NCBI GenBank assembly: GCA_964524225.1
Contig: CAZGEW010000001.1
Span: 1-38,050, forward strand
DNA from: an uncultured Methanosarcinales archaeon
Lineage (GTDB): Archaea; Nanobdellota; Nanobdellia; Woesearchaeales; GW2011-AR4
DNA length: 38,050 nt
Direction of reading: 5' to 3'
The notes under the pieces: generated by a model
Databases searched by the model: none
What the model was told of the DNA's origin: nothing
What the model saw: the letters and a program-made list of their open reading frames with translations, nothing else
Program-made: the position numbers and the translations under genes
Shown: in pieces, positions 1 to 8,629 of the stretch
Layout: every line of letters begins with the position of its first letter
How positions within the stretch are numbered: the stretch's first letter is position 1

Positions 1-236
1 TAGATTTTATAACCTTTTTTAATGTTTCAAATGATTGGGCAAATTAAGAAGGAAAGGATTTGTAGAAGGAGTTAATATCAATTGATAATAGTAACGAAAA
101 TTTGGCACAGCAATTTCCAAAAGCATCTTTTGGCATAGAGGGATTACTGGTTGGGTAGAAAAAGGAGGCATTATTAAACCAGGTTATACTGTATGGTTGA
201 TGTATTCTACTGGACAAGATTAAGTACACTTTCAAA

Positions 237-1682
237 TTAAGAAAGGAATTTTTTCACTATTTCCATCACTTTCTTCCCATCAACCTTGCCCCTGTACTTT
301 ACCATCACTAAGCCCATGTAAGCACTAACGCTTAACCCAGGTTTTTCTTCAATGATTTTCTTTATCTCTTTTTCCAAATCTTTTTCAGAAATAGCTTCAA
401 AATGTTTTAAATCAATATTCACCCCTCTTACTTTCTTAACCAATAAATCGATTATTGCCTCTTTTGCTACTTTTCCTTCATTTAAATAAGAAAGAACCTC
501 TTCAAAATCTTCATTTTTTAATTTTGAAGAATCTAAACTAAATCTTGTCTTGATTTCCTTTGGGATGTTAACTAGAGTGTGAGCTATTGTTAGTGGCTCA
601 ATCTTATTGAATTTTTTCACTAATTGTTCAAAATTATAATACTCAATGACCTCTTTAGCTATTTGTTTTGGTAAATTGTATTTTTTTTTAAATTCTTCAA
701 CTTTTTCCATCAATAATTTTGGCAAAGATTTTTTTAATTCTTTAAGGTATTTTTTATCTACCTTAACTGGCAAAACATCAGTTTCAGGGTAGAGCCTAGC
801 AGCTCCTGGCAATGGTCTTAAAAAAGATGTTGTAAAATCAGGCTCTGCTTTTCTTACTTCTCTCTCAAGCTTTTTTCCTTGATTTATTGCATCAAGCTGC
901 CTTTTTACTTCATAATCTATCACTTTTGGAATGCTTCTTAAATCTTGAAAGCCCTTTATTTCAGTTCTTGCTCCTTTTGCAATTGAAATATTAACATCCT
1001 GCCTTATAGTTCCTAAGCCGCGCTTGACACCTTCAACACTTCTTAAAACCATGCCAATATGGCTAGCAACTTCTTTTGCGTGCTCTTGACTTTTAATGTC
1101 AGCACTAGTTGCTATCTCAATCAATGGGATACCTAGTCTGTCAAGTCTGTATCTAACAAAATCCTTTCCTTCTTCTATTTTTTGAGCTGCCTCTTCTTCT
1201 AAGCATATAGTTGGAATGCTTACTTTACCAAGTGATGTGTTAATGAAACCGTCCATTGCCACTAATGCAGTTCTCTGAAACCCGCTTACATTGCTACCAT
1301 CAACAACTGTCTTACGCATTACTTGGATTTCATCTATAATTTTTGCATTCAAGAGTAAAGCAACTTTAAGCACAATTTCTAAGGCTTCTTTATCCATTGA
1401 ATAAGGTGGGGTTTCGTCAAGCTCAACAAGACACGTATTTGCACTATGTCCTTCGTATAAAAAATACTTACCCTTTTCAGTTTCAAATTTAGCAGCAATA
1501 TCTAACTCTCCTGTCTCTCCTACAACTCCCCTTAAACGTCTTTTAATTTGATAATCAGAAGGATCTTCAATATTTATGGTAGGGCATCTACAGAATAACT
1601 TATGATATCCTATTTGTTGATGTATTTCAAGCCCACAACGAAATCCAATTTTTTCATAGTTTATTCCAAATTCTGATGCCAT
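237..1682 (-). CDS. gatE: Glu-tRNA(Gln) amidotransferase subunit E (GatE), short 481-aa form
   Basis: GatB/E-family blocks GLEIHQQ..KLFCRCPT, TCLVELDETPP, DRLGIPLIEIATS, GLGTIRQDVNISI, RLYPETD and a YqeY-like tail (GLVMVKYRGKVDGKKV). The VVDGSNVSGFQRTALVA block is GatE-type. Length is GatB-like. Confidence 0.85.
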   Translation of the reverse strand: MASEFGINYEKIGFRCGLEIHQQIGYHKLFCRCPTINIEDPSDYQIKRRLRGVVGETGELDIAAKFETEKGKYFLYEGHSANTCLVELDETPPYSMDKEALEIVLKVALLLNAKIIDEIQVMRKTVVDGSNVSGFQRTALVAMDGFINTSLGKVSIPTICLEEEAAQKIEEGKDFVRYRLDRLGIPLIEIATSADIKSQEHAKEVASHIGMVLRSVEGVKRGLGTIRQDVNISIAKGARTEIKGFQDLRSIPKVIDYEVKRQLDAINQGKKLEREVRKAEPDFTTSFLRPLPGAARLYPETDVLPVKVDKKYLKELKKSLPKLLMEKVEEFKKKYNLPKQIAKEVIEYYNFEQLVKKFNKIEPLTIAHTLVNIPKEIKTRFSLDSSKLKNEDFEEVLSYLNEGKVAKEAIIDLLVKKVRGVNIDLKHFEAISEKDLEKEIKKIIEEKPGLSVSAYMGLVMVKYRGKVDGKKVMEIVKKFLS

Positions 1683-2872
1683 TTTGGTAATAATACTAGT
1701 TTTTTTCCCTCGCTTTTTATTATTTTCGAAAAAAATATTTCCAATACACCGCTACAGAATATAGGTTCTCCTCTGCACGTGTACTTAGGTTTAATATCAA
1801 ATATTTGTTCAAACTTCCTTATTATTTCGTAAGGATATAAATTAAAAGATTCAATGTAATTTCTTGATACTGTAATACCTCCGTCTCTTAATCGAACAAA
1901 TCTCGCTATATCTAATATATCTTTATTAAAATATAAAGGCATTTTAACAGAATTTGTTGAACCTTTTCCCATTTTCCATCTATATTTTGATAATAGATTA
2001 AATAAATCAACTTTCAGAATTTTCTTTGAATTAGATTTTTGTAAAATCTCATCAAATTTTCTATTAGTAATTCCCTTATGTTTTAATCCATATTCCTTTA
2101 TTAAATCTTTTCCACTTACAATCATTGCAGTACTTGAACTGAATATTTTTTCATAGTTAATAATTTTGTTTTTTAAAACATAACCATTAATATTAACTAT
2201 ATTATTTTTGTAAAAGTCATTCATTTCTAAGTGTTTTAACAACCATAATTTCTTTCTTGGGTGAGAAAATCCTATTTCAGAACAAAATTTCTTAAAAAAA
2301 TTACTTTTGATATTTACTCTATAAAATTTGTTTTCTCTTAATATTCTTTCTCTATATTTGAACATTATATCTTTTCTCTCTAAAAAATCTTTAAAAGCTT
2401 CAATTAATTTTTTACTTCCGCTTTCTAAAGAGATTTTCCTATTTTTCCTAGCGACCATGCCATCACCATTTAAAACTCCTAACCAGAAATATTTTTCTAA
2501 ATTTGTATTCATATAAAAACTTGGAATAGTTATAGAAAATGACTTTTCTCCAAAAGCTAGATTAAAGCAGTTTTTGAATATGTTATGTAATTTTTCTGAC
2601 CTAAAATTTAAGACATATCTATTTCCTCTTTTTCTTAATTCAGGCAATTTCTTTTGTAAAGCATTTTCTATAATAGATTTTATTTTATTCATAAACTTGG
2701 AAGAGTATTCCAATTCCTCTTTTACAGATGTCCCATCGGAGAATTCAAATCTCACATTTCTCCCATCTTTATAATAACAACCATCAGCTACAAAATAGCC
2801 ATATAAATAAGCAAACTTGGGACTATTTACTAATTGTAAACTTTCCATTTTTTGATTATTATTTAAATTCAT
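1661..2872 (-). CDS. Free-standing double-motif LAGLIDADG homing-endonuclease-like protein with a ~200-aa C-terminal extension
   Basis: Two LAGLIDADG motifs about 105 aa apart: LYGYFVADGCYY (aa ~23-34) and WLGVLNGDGMVA (aa ~130-141). No Hint/intein splicing blocks. The 3' end overlaps the gatE start by 22 nt. Confidence 0.7.
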   Translation of the reverse strand: MNLNNNQKMESLQLVNSPKFAYLYGYFVADGCYYKDGRNVRFEFSDGTSVKEELEYSSKFMNKIKSIIENALQKKLPELRKRGNRYVLNFRSEKLHNIFKNCFNLAFGEKSFSITIPSFYMNTNLEKYFWLGVLNGDGMVARKNRKISLESGSKKLIEAFKDFLERKDIMFKYRERILRENKFYRVNIKSNFFKKFCSEIGFSHPRKKLWLLKHLEMNDFYKNNIVNINGYVLKNKIINYEKIFSSSTAMIVSGKDLIKEYGLKHKGITNRKFDEILQKSNSKKILKVDLFNLLSKYRWKMGKGSTNSVKMPLYFNKDILDIARFVRLRDGGITVSRNYIESFNLYPYEIIRKFEQIFDIKPKYTCRGEPIFCSGVLEIFFSKIIKSEGKKLVLLPKWHQNLE

Positions 2873-3083
2873 TTTAAATCACTGAATTTTTTACTCGGTT
2901 GAGACTGCGTAAAAGGATTTTGCTGTTAAGTAAAAGACTTAATTTGGCAGTCGAAATATTGTTTGATGTGATTTAAATGAAGCATAATCAAAAAATGGGT
3001 AGAATTAGTTTATAAATTATACGTGAGCATGTCCAGTGGTTGTTTGCCATATATATTTAATGTTTTAAATCGGAGGAAAAGTT

Positions 3084-3093
3084 TTTTATAAAT
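3084..3093 (+). promoter_or_regulatory. Putative archaeal TATA box (TTTTATAAAT) about 27 nt upstream of the ATG at 3116; implies a leaderless mRNA
   Basis: Motif and spacing only. Confidence 0.4.
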
Positions 3094-3115
3094 ATATTAA
3101 AGATAGTTATATTCA

Positions 3116-5014
3116 ATGGTATTATGTCACTATTGCAACCGTAAATTAGATTGGCTTCCAAGACCATGTAAATTTTGTAGGTATTACTTTTGTTCTAAAT
3201 GTTTTTTACCTGAAAAACACGAATGTGTTGGACTTGAACCTTATTTTAGCGAAGAAAAGAAGAAATTTCAATCTAAAATGGTTGATTTAGCTTCTCAGCA
3301 TGCAAAAGTTCATTACAAAGGATATGAGGATATTGTAGATGTGGAAAGAAAACCATTTTTCTCAAGCAAGCATAAGAAACTAAGCCATACTAAAAGACAT
3401 TATTATGAAGTAGATGAAAAGTATAGAAGAGAATATGTAGGAAGACCATCAACCCATCTTTACAATAAAAAGAACCATAAAATTACATTTGAACAAAAGC
3501 AAATTTTTAAGGTTCCAATGTTTCTTTTGGTTTTAATTATTTTTATTATAGCTATTCTTACTCTGGTAATTCTAGCTAATATAAACGCAACTGAAAAAAT
3601 AATAGAAGAGAGAAAATCTTTCAAAACAATAGAATATAATGAGACAGTTTCTAATGAAATAACCTTTAAAGAATATTTAGAAAATATTTACAGTATTGAA
3701 GGGACTGAAGCCAATATAAAAGGGTTCCTTAGAAGGTATGTAAAATATACAGATGATAAAAATAATGTTGGTGTTTATCTTGAAGCCATTGCTGACGACA
3801 ACAATAATACTCTACAAATTATTAGTATGAATCAAGAACTTAGAAAGTTCTTTCCAAAAAAGGGTACCTCAACAGAAATTTATCAGATTAAAGTGAAATT
3901 TAGAAGAAATTATAAAACCTTACTCTTGGACATTTCTGATATAACCTTAAGTCAAAGAGATCCTATAAGAGTTGTCAAAAAAGAAAGAATAGTGGAATAT
4001 ACAGAAAATGTTACAAAAGAAATAAAAAAACCAAAATTTCCTTTGATAAGAAGAGTTGTATTTGGAACTGTAGGAAAAGAAGTAATATGCGAGGACAATA
4101 CTAAATTAAATAATTGTTCAACAAACAAAACCTATTTCTGCTCCTTTAGTGGTCTTGTAAGAAAGCCCGACCTATGTGGATGTCCAGCAGGTCAAAGATT
4201 TTATTATAGTGACTGTATACCAGAAGTTAAATGTTCTGATGGTACGTTAGAACCTGATTGTTCTACTTACAAACCAAAACAATGCGTGGATGGTGAACTT
4301 ATAGATAATGCAGAGTTGTGTGGTTGTCCAGAAGATCATAAAAAAATTGGAAGAAATTGTCAAAAAATATTCAGATGCGAAGACGGTACAATATACGGCG
4401 AATGTTCTAAAAATAAACCTTATTTTTGTTCTGCTGGTGCTTTAATAAAAGATTCAAACTTGTGTGGATGTGATTGGGGGTACAAATCATATAAAGGAGA
4501 ATGTATAGAGAGTAACAAGGCTGAGGCGATGGAAGCACTTGATTATTTAAACAAAATCAGAAAACAATATGGAAGAAGTGAATTAAAATGGGACGATGGT
4601 TTACATAACCTTGGGATATTCAGAGCTAAAGATATGTATGAAAGGCAATATTTTGACCATGTAACACCAGAAGGAAAATGTGTCAAAGATTTTAAAGCCG
4701 ATTATGGTCTGGCAGAGTATAATATTGCAGAAAATGGAGGGGCTGTAACTTATGGTAGCTATGATGGAAAAATAGATTATGCTTCTTATGCCGATCCTAT
4801 GGCTCAGATTGATGGATGGATGGAAAGTAGAGGGCATAGATATAACCTTCTTTACCCAAGCCATATACTCGGAGTCGTTGCGTGCTATAGAGGAGCATGT
4901 GTATTTTTAGGAGCGAATAAAGAGTATTATGGCTTAGGCTTTGGTCCTTGCACAACTGGAGAGGAAGGTCTTGCGTACTGGCAAACAGTTGAAAAACAGC
5001 AAGACGAGATTTAA
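3116..5014 (+). CDS. Membrane-anchored protein: N-terminal AN1-like zinc finger, one TM helix, three Cys-rich repeats, C-terminal CAP/SCP (YkwD-like) domain
   Basis: CHYC-x10-CKFC-x4-C-x2-C-x5-H-x-C matches the AN1 spacing, with Cys in place of the first His. Hydrophobic helix FLLVLIIFIIAILTLVILA (aa ~136-154). CAP-like region ALDYLNKIRKQYG...LKWDD...AKDM...FDHV...AENGG...GWMESRGHRYNLL. Confidence 0.75.
   Translation: MVLCHYCNRKLDWLPRPCKFCRYYFCSKCFLPEKHECVGLEPYFSEEKKKFQSKMVDLASQHAKVHYKGYEDIVDVERKPFFSSKHKKLSHTKRHYYEVDEKYRREYVGRPSTHLYNKKNHKITFEQKQIFKVPMFLLVLIIFIIAILTLVILANINATEKIIEERKSFKTIEYNETVSNEITFKEYLENIYSIEGTEANIKGFLRRYVKYTDDKNNVGVYLEAIADDNNNTLQIISMNQELRKFFPKKGTSTEIYQIKVKFRRNYKTLLLDISDITLSQRDPIRVVKKERIVEYTENVTKEIKKPKFPLIRRVVFGTVGKEVICEDNTKLNNCSTNKTYFCSFSGLVRKPDLCGCPAGQRFYYSDCIPEVKCSDGTLEPDCSTYKPKQCVDGELIDNAELCGCPEDHKKIGRNCQKIFRCEDGTIYGECSKNKPYFCSAGALIKDSNLCGCDWGYKSYKGECIESNKAEAMEALDYLNKIRKQYGRSELKWDDGLHNLGIFRAKDMYERQYFDHVTPEGKCVKDFKADYGLAEYNIAENGGAVTYGSYDGKIDYASYADPMAQIDGWMESRGHRYNLLYPSHILGVVACYRGACVFLGANKEYYGLGFGPCTTGEEGLAYWQTVEKQQDEI
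4088..4504 (+). repeat. Three tandem ~45-aa six-cysteine modules within CDS 3116..5014
   Basis: CEDNTKLNNCSTNKTYFCSFSGLVRKPDLCGCPAGQRFYYSDC / CSDGTLEPDCSTYKPKQCVDGELIDNAELCGCPEDHKKIGRNC / CEDGTIYGECSKNKPYFCSAGALIKDSNLCGCDWGYKSYKGEC. Shared pattern: C-x-D-G/N-T..C-S..K..C..G-x-L-x5-LCGC-x10-11-C. Confidence 0.65.
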
Positions 5015-5021
5015 TTGTTTC

Positions 5022-5261
5022 TCATTTCCTTTCCCAAACAACAATATTATTTTTCATAACTTTTTTAATTCTGTGCAATGGTATATTAGATTCTTCTTCA
5101 TTATTCAGAACCATAAAAGAACCTTCTAGTTTTTTAATTTTTGTATAAGGAATTTTTATTAGTCTATTTAAAATTCTGTCATAGTAAAAAATTGAATATT
5201 GCTTAGGATTTTCCCTTTTGTCCCACTTTATTTTATTGAGCAAGTCTTTGATTGGAATCAT
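5022..5261 (-). CDS. Small UPF0248/DUF504-like protein (79 aa)
   Basis: The size plus an N-terminal LLNKIKWD and a C-terminal IPLHRIKKV..N..VVWER resemble the archaeal DUF504 family as I recall it. TATA-like TAAAATTTAT lies ~25 nt upstream on the minus strand. Confidence 0.5.
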   Translation of the reverse strand: MIPIKDLLNKIKWDKRENPKQYSIFYYDRILNRLIKIPYTKIKKLEGSFMVLNNEEESNIPLHRIKKVMKNNIVVWERK

Positions 5262-5343
5262 TTAATACTAGTTATACCATTAAAATTTATTCTCTTTATA
5301 AGTTTTTAGGAAATAAGTTATATTTTCTGATTTTGTAAATTTA

Positions 5344-5961
5344 TTATGTTTTTGCCTTTATTCTCTTCATCCTAAAAGTATTCTCTCTTTCAATCTCTTC
5401 CAATCTTAACTGAATAAACGCCCTTATCTTGTCTAAATTTGGAATAACAACAAACTCAAGCGCATTAACCCTTCTTTTTGTTTTTTCAATCTCGTTAAGC
5501 AATTTCCTCATTGATGTTTCAACTTCAGCAGCCAGAATTATCTTCTCAACAACCTTTTCATAAGCTGCAGCCGCTTCATCAACAGCAGATGAATTGTAAA
5601 TACCGTAACCTCGTTCCATAAAAGCTTTTTTAATTTCAGATGATTCTATTTTCGGAACTTTAATGCCCATTATATTTTTTGTAGTTAGCTTTACATCTGG
5701 AATATTTTTTATTGACATTGCAATTGACTTTACTTTTAAGTCACCCTCCAATGTTCTTGCTATGTTTATCTTTTCTAAAGCAATTTTGTATTCATTAACT
5801 AATTCCTCTCTTAATGTTTTTGCTTTTTTTAGAACATCAAAAAACTCAAGAATTAAGCCATCTCTTTTTCTCTTTAGTAAATTATAACCAGATTTAGCTA
5901 GCTTGATTTGTTTTTTTAATTTTAATAATTCACTTCTTGTGGGTTTAATGTCTTGTGACAT
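5344..5961 (-). CDS. atpD: A-type ATP synthase subunit D
   Basis: N-terminus KPTRSELLKLKKQIKLAKSGYNLLKRKRDGLILEF and C-terminal RRVNALE..VIP are typical A/V-ATPase D subunit. Last gene of the atp cluster. Confidence 0.9.
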   Translation of the reverse strand: MSQDIKPTRSELLKLKKQIKLAKSGYNLLKRKRDGLILEFFDVLKKAKTLREELVNEYKIALEKINIARTLEGDLKVKSIAMSIKNIPDVKLTTKNIMGIKVPKIESSEIKKAFMERGYGIYNSSAVDEAAAAYEKVVEKIILAAEVETSMRKLLNEIEKTKRRVNALEFVVIPNLDKIRAFIQLRLEEIERENTFRMKRIKAKT

Positions 5962-5969
5962 TTGATAAT

Positions 5970-6002
5970 AAAAAATTCATTTGCTTTGCAAATGAATTTT
6001 TT
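5970..6002. terminator. Perfect 15-bp hairpin flanked by A6/T6 tracts: AAAAAATTCATTTGC-ttt-GCAAATGAATTTTTT
   Basis: Read directly. Overlaps the last codons and stop of ORF 5977..6588 and ends 9 nt before the atpD start. Confidence 0.5.
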
Positions 6003-6588
6003 TCTGATGTTTTACATCTGCAAAATTTTTAATTACAATTTTTTGATCTATTATTTCGCGCCAAATAACTTCTGCCTTATACTTTGTAGCATGTTCTAAA
6101 TTTTCTACAATTCCAGCAAAAACTTCAATTTGACCATGTACTGCACCTTTTAATGTTCTTTGCTTCTCTCCCACTAATTCTATCAATTCTCGAAACTGTT
6201 GTTCTGTCCAAGCTAGAACATTACCTCTTAAATCCTTATTAATTCTATACGTAAATTTCTCTGCGATTCTTTGAATTACTTTTTCAAGCTCTGGCCCATA
6301 GTGGCTATAATTTCCTTCCAACGCTTTAATAGCTGCACAAACCTCATTTCCGTGAATAAGCCCATAATGTCCAAAAATACCAAATGAGTTTATATGTTTA
6401 AACTGAAGGGCTAATTCAATTGAAGCAGGCTTAATACGCGAACCTATTTCTGTCATTAAGTGTACATACTGTGGGTTAATTGTTAATACATCATGATGAA
6501 AGAGAGAATTGTAAGGATCTTCGCATGAGATTATACCAACATTTTTACCCTTACTAATCAATTGTGTTATATAGGGTATTGCTTCCAT
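5977..6588 (-). CDS. Hypothetical protein (203 aa) inserted between atpB and atpD
   Basis: Long ORF on the operon strand with short spacers to atpB and atpD. No family signature that I can name confidently. Confidence 0.65.
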   Translation of the reverse strand: MEAIPYITQLISKGKNVGIISCEDPYNSLFHHDVLTINPQYVHLMTEIGSRIKPASIELALQFKHINSFGIFGHYGLIHGNEVCAAIKALEGNYSHYGPELEKVIQRIAEKFTYRINKDLRGNVLAWTEQQFRELIELVGEKQRTLKGAVHGQIEVFAGIVENLEHATKYKAEVIWREIIDQKIVIKNFADVKHQKKIHLQSK

Positions 6589-6614
6589 TTAATTTACCTT
6601 TGAAATTAAAAATT

Positions 6615-7979
6615 TTAAGCTTTGTAATACTTCTTCTTTAACTCAGGACTTATCCTTGTTAGCTCATTTTCTGGAAGTAAGCCGAGTAATTTCCATCCTA
6701 AGTCAAGTGTATCTGAAATGCTTCTATCTTCATCTCTTTTTTGTCTTACAAACTTGTCCTCAAACTCAGCTGCAAACTTCAAAAATTTCTTGTCACGCTC
6801 ACTTAATGCCTCCTCTCCTACAATTGCAACTAATCCTCTTAGATCCCTGCCTTCAGCATAAGTAGCATAAAGCTGATCACTGACTTGCTTATGGTCCTCT
6901 CTTGTTCTAGTCGGTCCAATACCTAAATTCATCAATCGCGAAAGAGAAGGTAGAACATCAATGCTAGGATATACACCCTTCCTATGCAATTCCCTTGATA
7001 GAACAATCTGACCTTCTGTTATGTAACCAGTCAAATCAGGAATAGGATGGGTTATGTCATCACCTACCATTGTTAGTATAGGTATTTGAGTTATGCTGCC
7101 TTTCTTTCCTTTAATAACACCTGCTCGCTCGTAAATGGTAGCAAGATCAGTATACATATACCCTGGATAGCCTCTTCTTCCTGGGATTTCTTCTCTTGCA
7201 GAACCTACCTCCCTGAGCGATTCTGCATAATTAGTCATATCAGTTAATATAACCAAAACATGAGCTTCCTGCTCATAAGCAAAATATTCAGCTGCAGTTA
7301 ATGCCATTCTTGGTGTAACAAGCCTCTCAACAGCAGGGTCATTTGCAAGGTTCAAAAAAACAACACTCCTTTCCAATGCACCAGTCTGCTCAAAATCATT
7401 GATGAAGTATTGCGCTTCTTCATTTGTAATGCCCATAGCTGCGAAAATGACAACAAAATTTTCCTGCTTGCCCACAACTTTTGCTTGCCTTGCAATCTGT
7501 AAAGCAATCTCATTATGGGGTAATCCACTTCCAGAGAATAAAGGCAGTTTTTGCCCTCTCACAAGAGTATTCATCACATCAATTGTTGATAACCCAGTTT
7601 GGATGAAATCATGTGGAGAAGCCCGTGCATACGGGTTTATAGCAACGCCAATAATATCAAGCCTTTTTTCCGGAATTATTTCTGGACCATTGTCAATTGA
7701 CTTGCCGCTGCCACTTAGAATCCTGCCAAGCATGTCTCTAGAGACATTAAGCTTCAAAGTGCCACCTAAAAATTTAACTCTTGTATCAACATCAATCCCG
7801 GCAGTACCCTCAAAAACCTGCACAACAACAATATCGTCACTTGTGTCAAGCACCTGCCCATTTTTTATTTCTCCATTTGGCAATGCTATTCTTACTATGT
7901 CAGCGTATCCAACTGGCTCTGTTTTCTCAACAAAAATTAAAGGGCCTGCTACTTTTGTTATTGTTTTGTATTCTTTCAT
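6615..7979 (-). CDS. atpB: A-type ATP synthase subunit B
   Basis: [87 protein letters not shown] are canonical non-catalytic A/V-ATPase B subunit blocks. Confidence 0.95.
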   Translation of the reverse strand: MKEYKTITKVAGPLIFVEKTEPVGYADIVRIALPNGEIKNGQVLDTSDDIVVVQVFEGTAGIDVDTRVKFLGGTLKLNVSRDMLGRILSGSGKSIDNGPEIIPEKRLDIIGVAINPYARASPHDFIQTGLSTIDVMNTLVRGQKLPLFSGSGLPHNEIALQIARQAKVVGKQENFVVIFAAMGITNEEAQYFINDFEQTGALERSVVFLNLANDPAVERLVTPRMALTAAEYFAYEQEAHVLVILTDMTNYAESLREVGSAREEIPGRRGYPGYMYTDLATIYERAGVIKGKKGSITQIPILTMVGDDITHPIPDLTGYITEGQIVLSRELHRKGVYPSIDVLPSLSRLMNLGIGPTRTREDHKQVSDQLYATYAEGRDLRGLVAIVGEEALSERDKKFLKFAAEFEDKFVRQKRDEDRSISDTLDLGWKLLGLLPENELTRISPELKKKYYKA

Positions 7980-7986
7980 TTTTAAA

Positions 7987-8023
7987 GCAAAAAATTCAAC
8001 GGCTTTTCCGTTGAATTTTTTGC
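7987..8023. terminator. Perfect 16-bp hairpin: GCAAAAAATTCAACGG-ctttt-CCGTTGAATTTTTTGC
   Basis: Read directly. Lies 8 nt upstream of the atpB ATG and downstream of the nucleotidyltransferase gene. Confidence 0.5.
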
Positions 8024-8042
8024 TATTTAATTTTACTTTATG

Positions 8043-8071
8043 AAAATTTTTATCATTTGGATAAAAATTTT
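8043..8071. terminator. Perfect 12-bp AT-only hairpin: AAAATTTTTATC-atttg-GATAAAAATTTT
   Basis: Read directly. Lies downstream of the stop of gene 8104..8538. AT-only stems arise by chance more easily in this genome. Confidence 0.35.
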
Positions 8072-8103
8072 TGTATAAAATTATTTAAAATTCTTCTTCC
8101 TAT

Positions 8104-8538
8104 TCATTTCGCCTCAATCCAATTCACACTTTGGTCATTCCATATTTTTCTGAAATGATAAAAGAGATAGTACAACTCTTGAAGATTTTTTGAATAAATT
8201 ATTTTATGTGCATTTATAATATCCATTTTTATATAAAGCGGCAATTCTTCAAAAATTCTGACGTCATATTTATTTGCATTTATGTTCTGCCATATTTCCC
8301 CAAGAAGTTTTGAAAATTGTTCTGGAGTTTTTAATTTTGGGGCTACAATGCAAATATCTATGTCGCTTCTTGCAGTTTGCTCATTTCTTGAATAAGAACC
8401 ATAAAGTAATACGGAATGTATTAGTCCTTTCTCTATTTTATCTTTTAAGAAGCTAAAATCATTTTTTATATTGTTTATTAAATTAGTATCTTTCATTTTT
8501 TTCAATTTTTTTTGTCTGTATGTAACTTCTTCTTTCAT
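8104..8538 (-). CDS. Minimal nucleotidyltransferase (MNT/KNTase-like, Pol-beta superfamily), 144 aa
   Basis: LLYGSYSRNEQTARSDIDICIV matches the G-S-x9-12-D-x-D nucleotidyltransferase signature. Inserted between atpA and atpB. Confidence 0.8.
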   Translation of the reverse strand: MKEEVTYRQKKLKKMKDTNLINNIKNDFSFLKDKIEKGLIHSVLLYGSYSRNEQTARSDIDICIVAPKLKTPEQFSKLLGEIWQNINANKYDVRIFEELPLYIKMDIINAHKIIYSKNLQELYYLFYHFRKIWNDQSVNWIEAK

Positions 8539-8546
8539 TTTTAATT

Positions 8547-8579
8547 AAAAAAATTTCAGTCAAAGATTGAAATTTTTTT
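8547..8579. terminator. 12-bp hairpin flanked by A7/T7: AAAAAAATTTCA-gtcaaagat-TGAAATTTTTTT
   Basis: Read directly. Lies between the GATase gene stop and the nucleotidyltransferase start. Confidence 0.4.
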
Positions 8580-8629
8580 CTAATGGTTTACATAAATTTT
8601 TGTTATCTTTAATTTAATTTTGATTCATT

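Noticed and set aside
44-235. 63-aa minus-strand ORF downstream of gatE. On the plus strand, a 42-codon open frame (95-220) reads ...HRGITGWVEKGGIIKPGYTVWL..., vaguely like the C-terminus of a MOSC-domain protein.
   Set aside because: The minus ORF has no motif. The plus frame has no start codon and follows four consecutive in-frame stops (83-94). It is at best a gene remnant, and I cannot support either reading from the sequence alone.
2873-2977. 10-bp inverted repeat TTTAAATCAC ... GTGATTTAAA, ~85 nt apart, in the 243-nt intergenic region upstream of the LAGLIDADG gene. Considered as MITE ends or an ncRNA; C/D-box sRNA signatures were also sought.
   Set aside because: A single AT-rich 10-mer pair is plausible by chance here. 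There are no target-site duplications, no proper C (RUGAUGA) / D (CUGA) box arrangement, and no conserved structure that I can see.
5977-6588. Beta-carbonic-anhydrase assignment for the 203-aa ORF.
   Set aside because: The CxD / GH / C residues are present, but the diagnostic CxDxR and HxxC spacings are not. The resemblance is too weak to call.
7399-8043. 214-aa plus-strand ORF, and many similar ORFs: 4601-4864, 5663-5887, 6656-6865, 7781-8014, 11752-12144, 13097-13438, 14268-14573, 14586-14831, 15698-16227, 16322-16693, 16754-17029, 18707-19066, 21407-21874, 22066-22329, 22924-23175, 26836-27120, 27246-27542, 28087-28448, 29380-30089, 30984-33197, 33576-33773, 36468-36806, 36909-37130.
   Set aside because: All lie antisense to, or out of frame within, strongly supported genes. 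They have low-complexity, Ser/Phe/Leu-rich translations and no motifs, so they are shadow ORFs.
8104-8538. The MNT nucleotidyltransferase as half of a HEPN-MNT toxin-antitoxin module.
   Set aside because: No HEPN (Rx4-6H) domain is fused or adjacent. The flanking genes are a GATase-fold gene and atpB. It is reported only as an orphan NTase.
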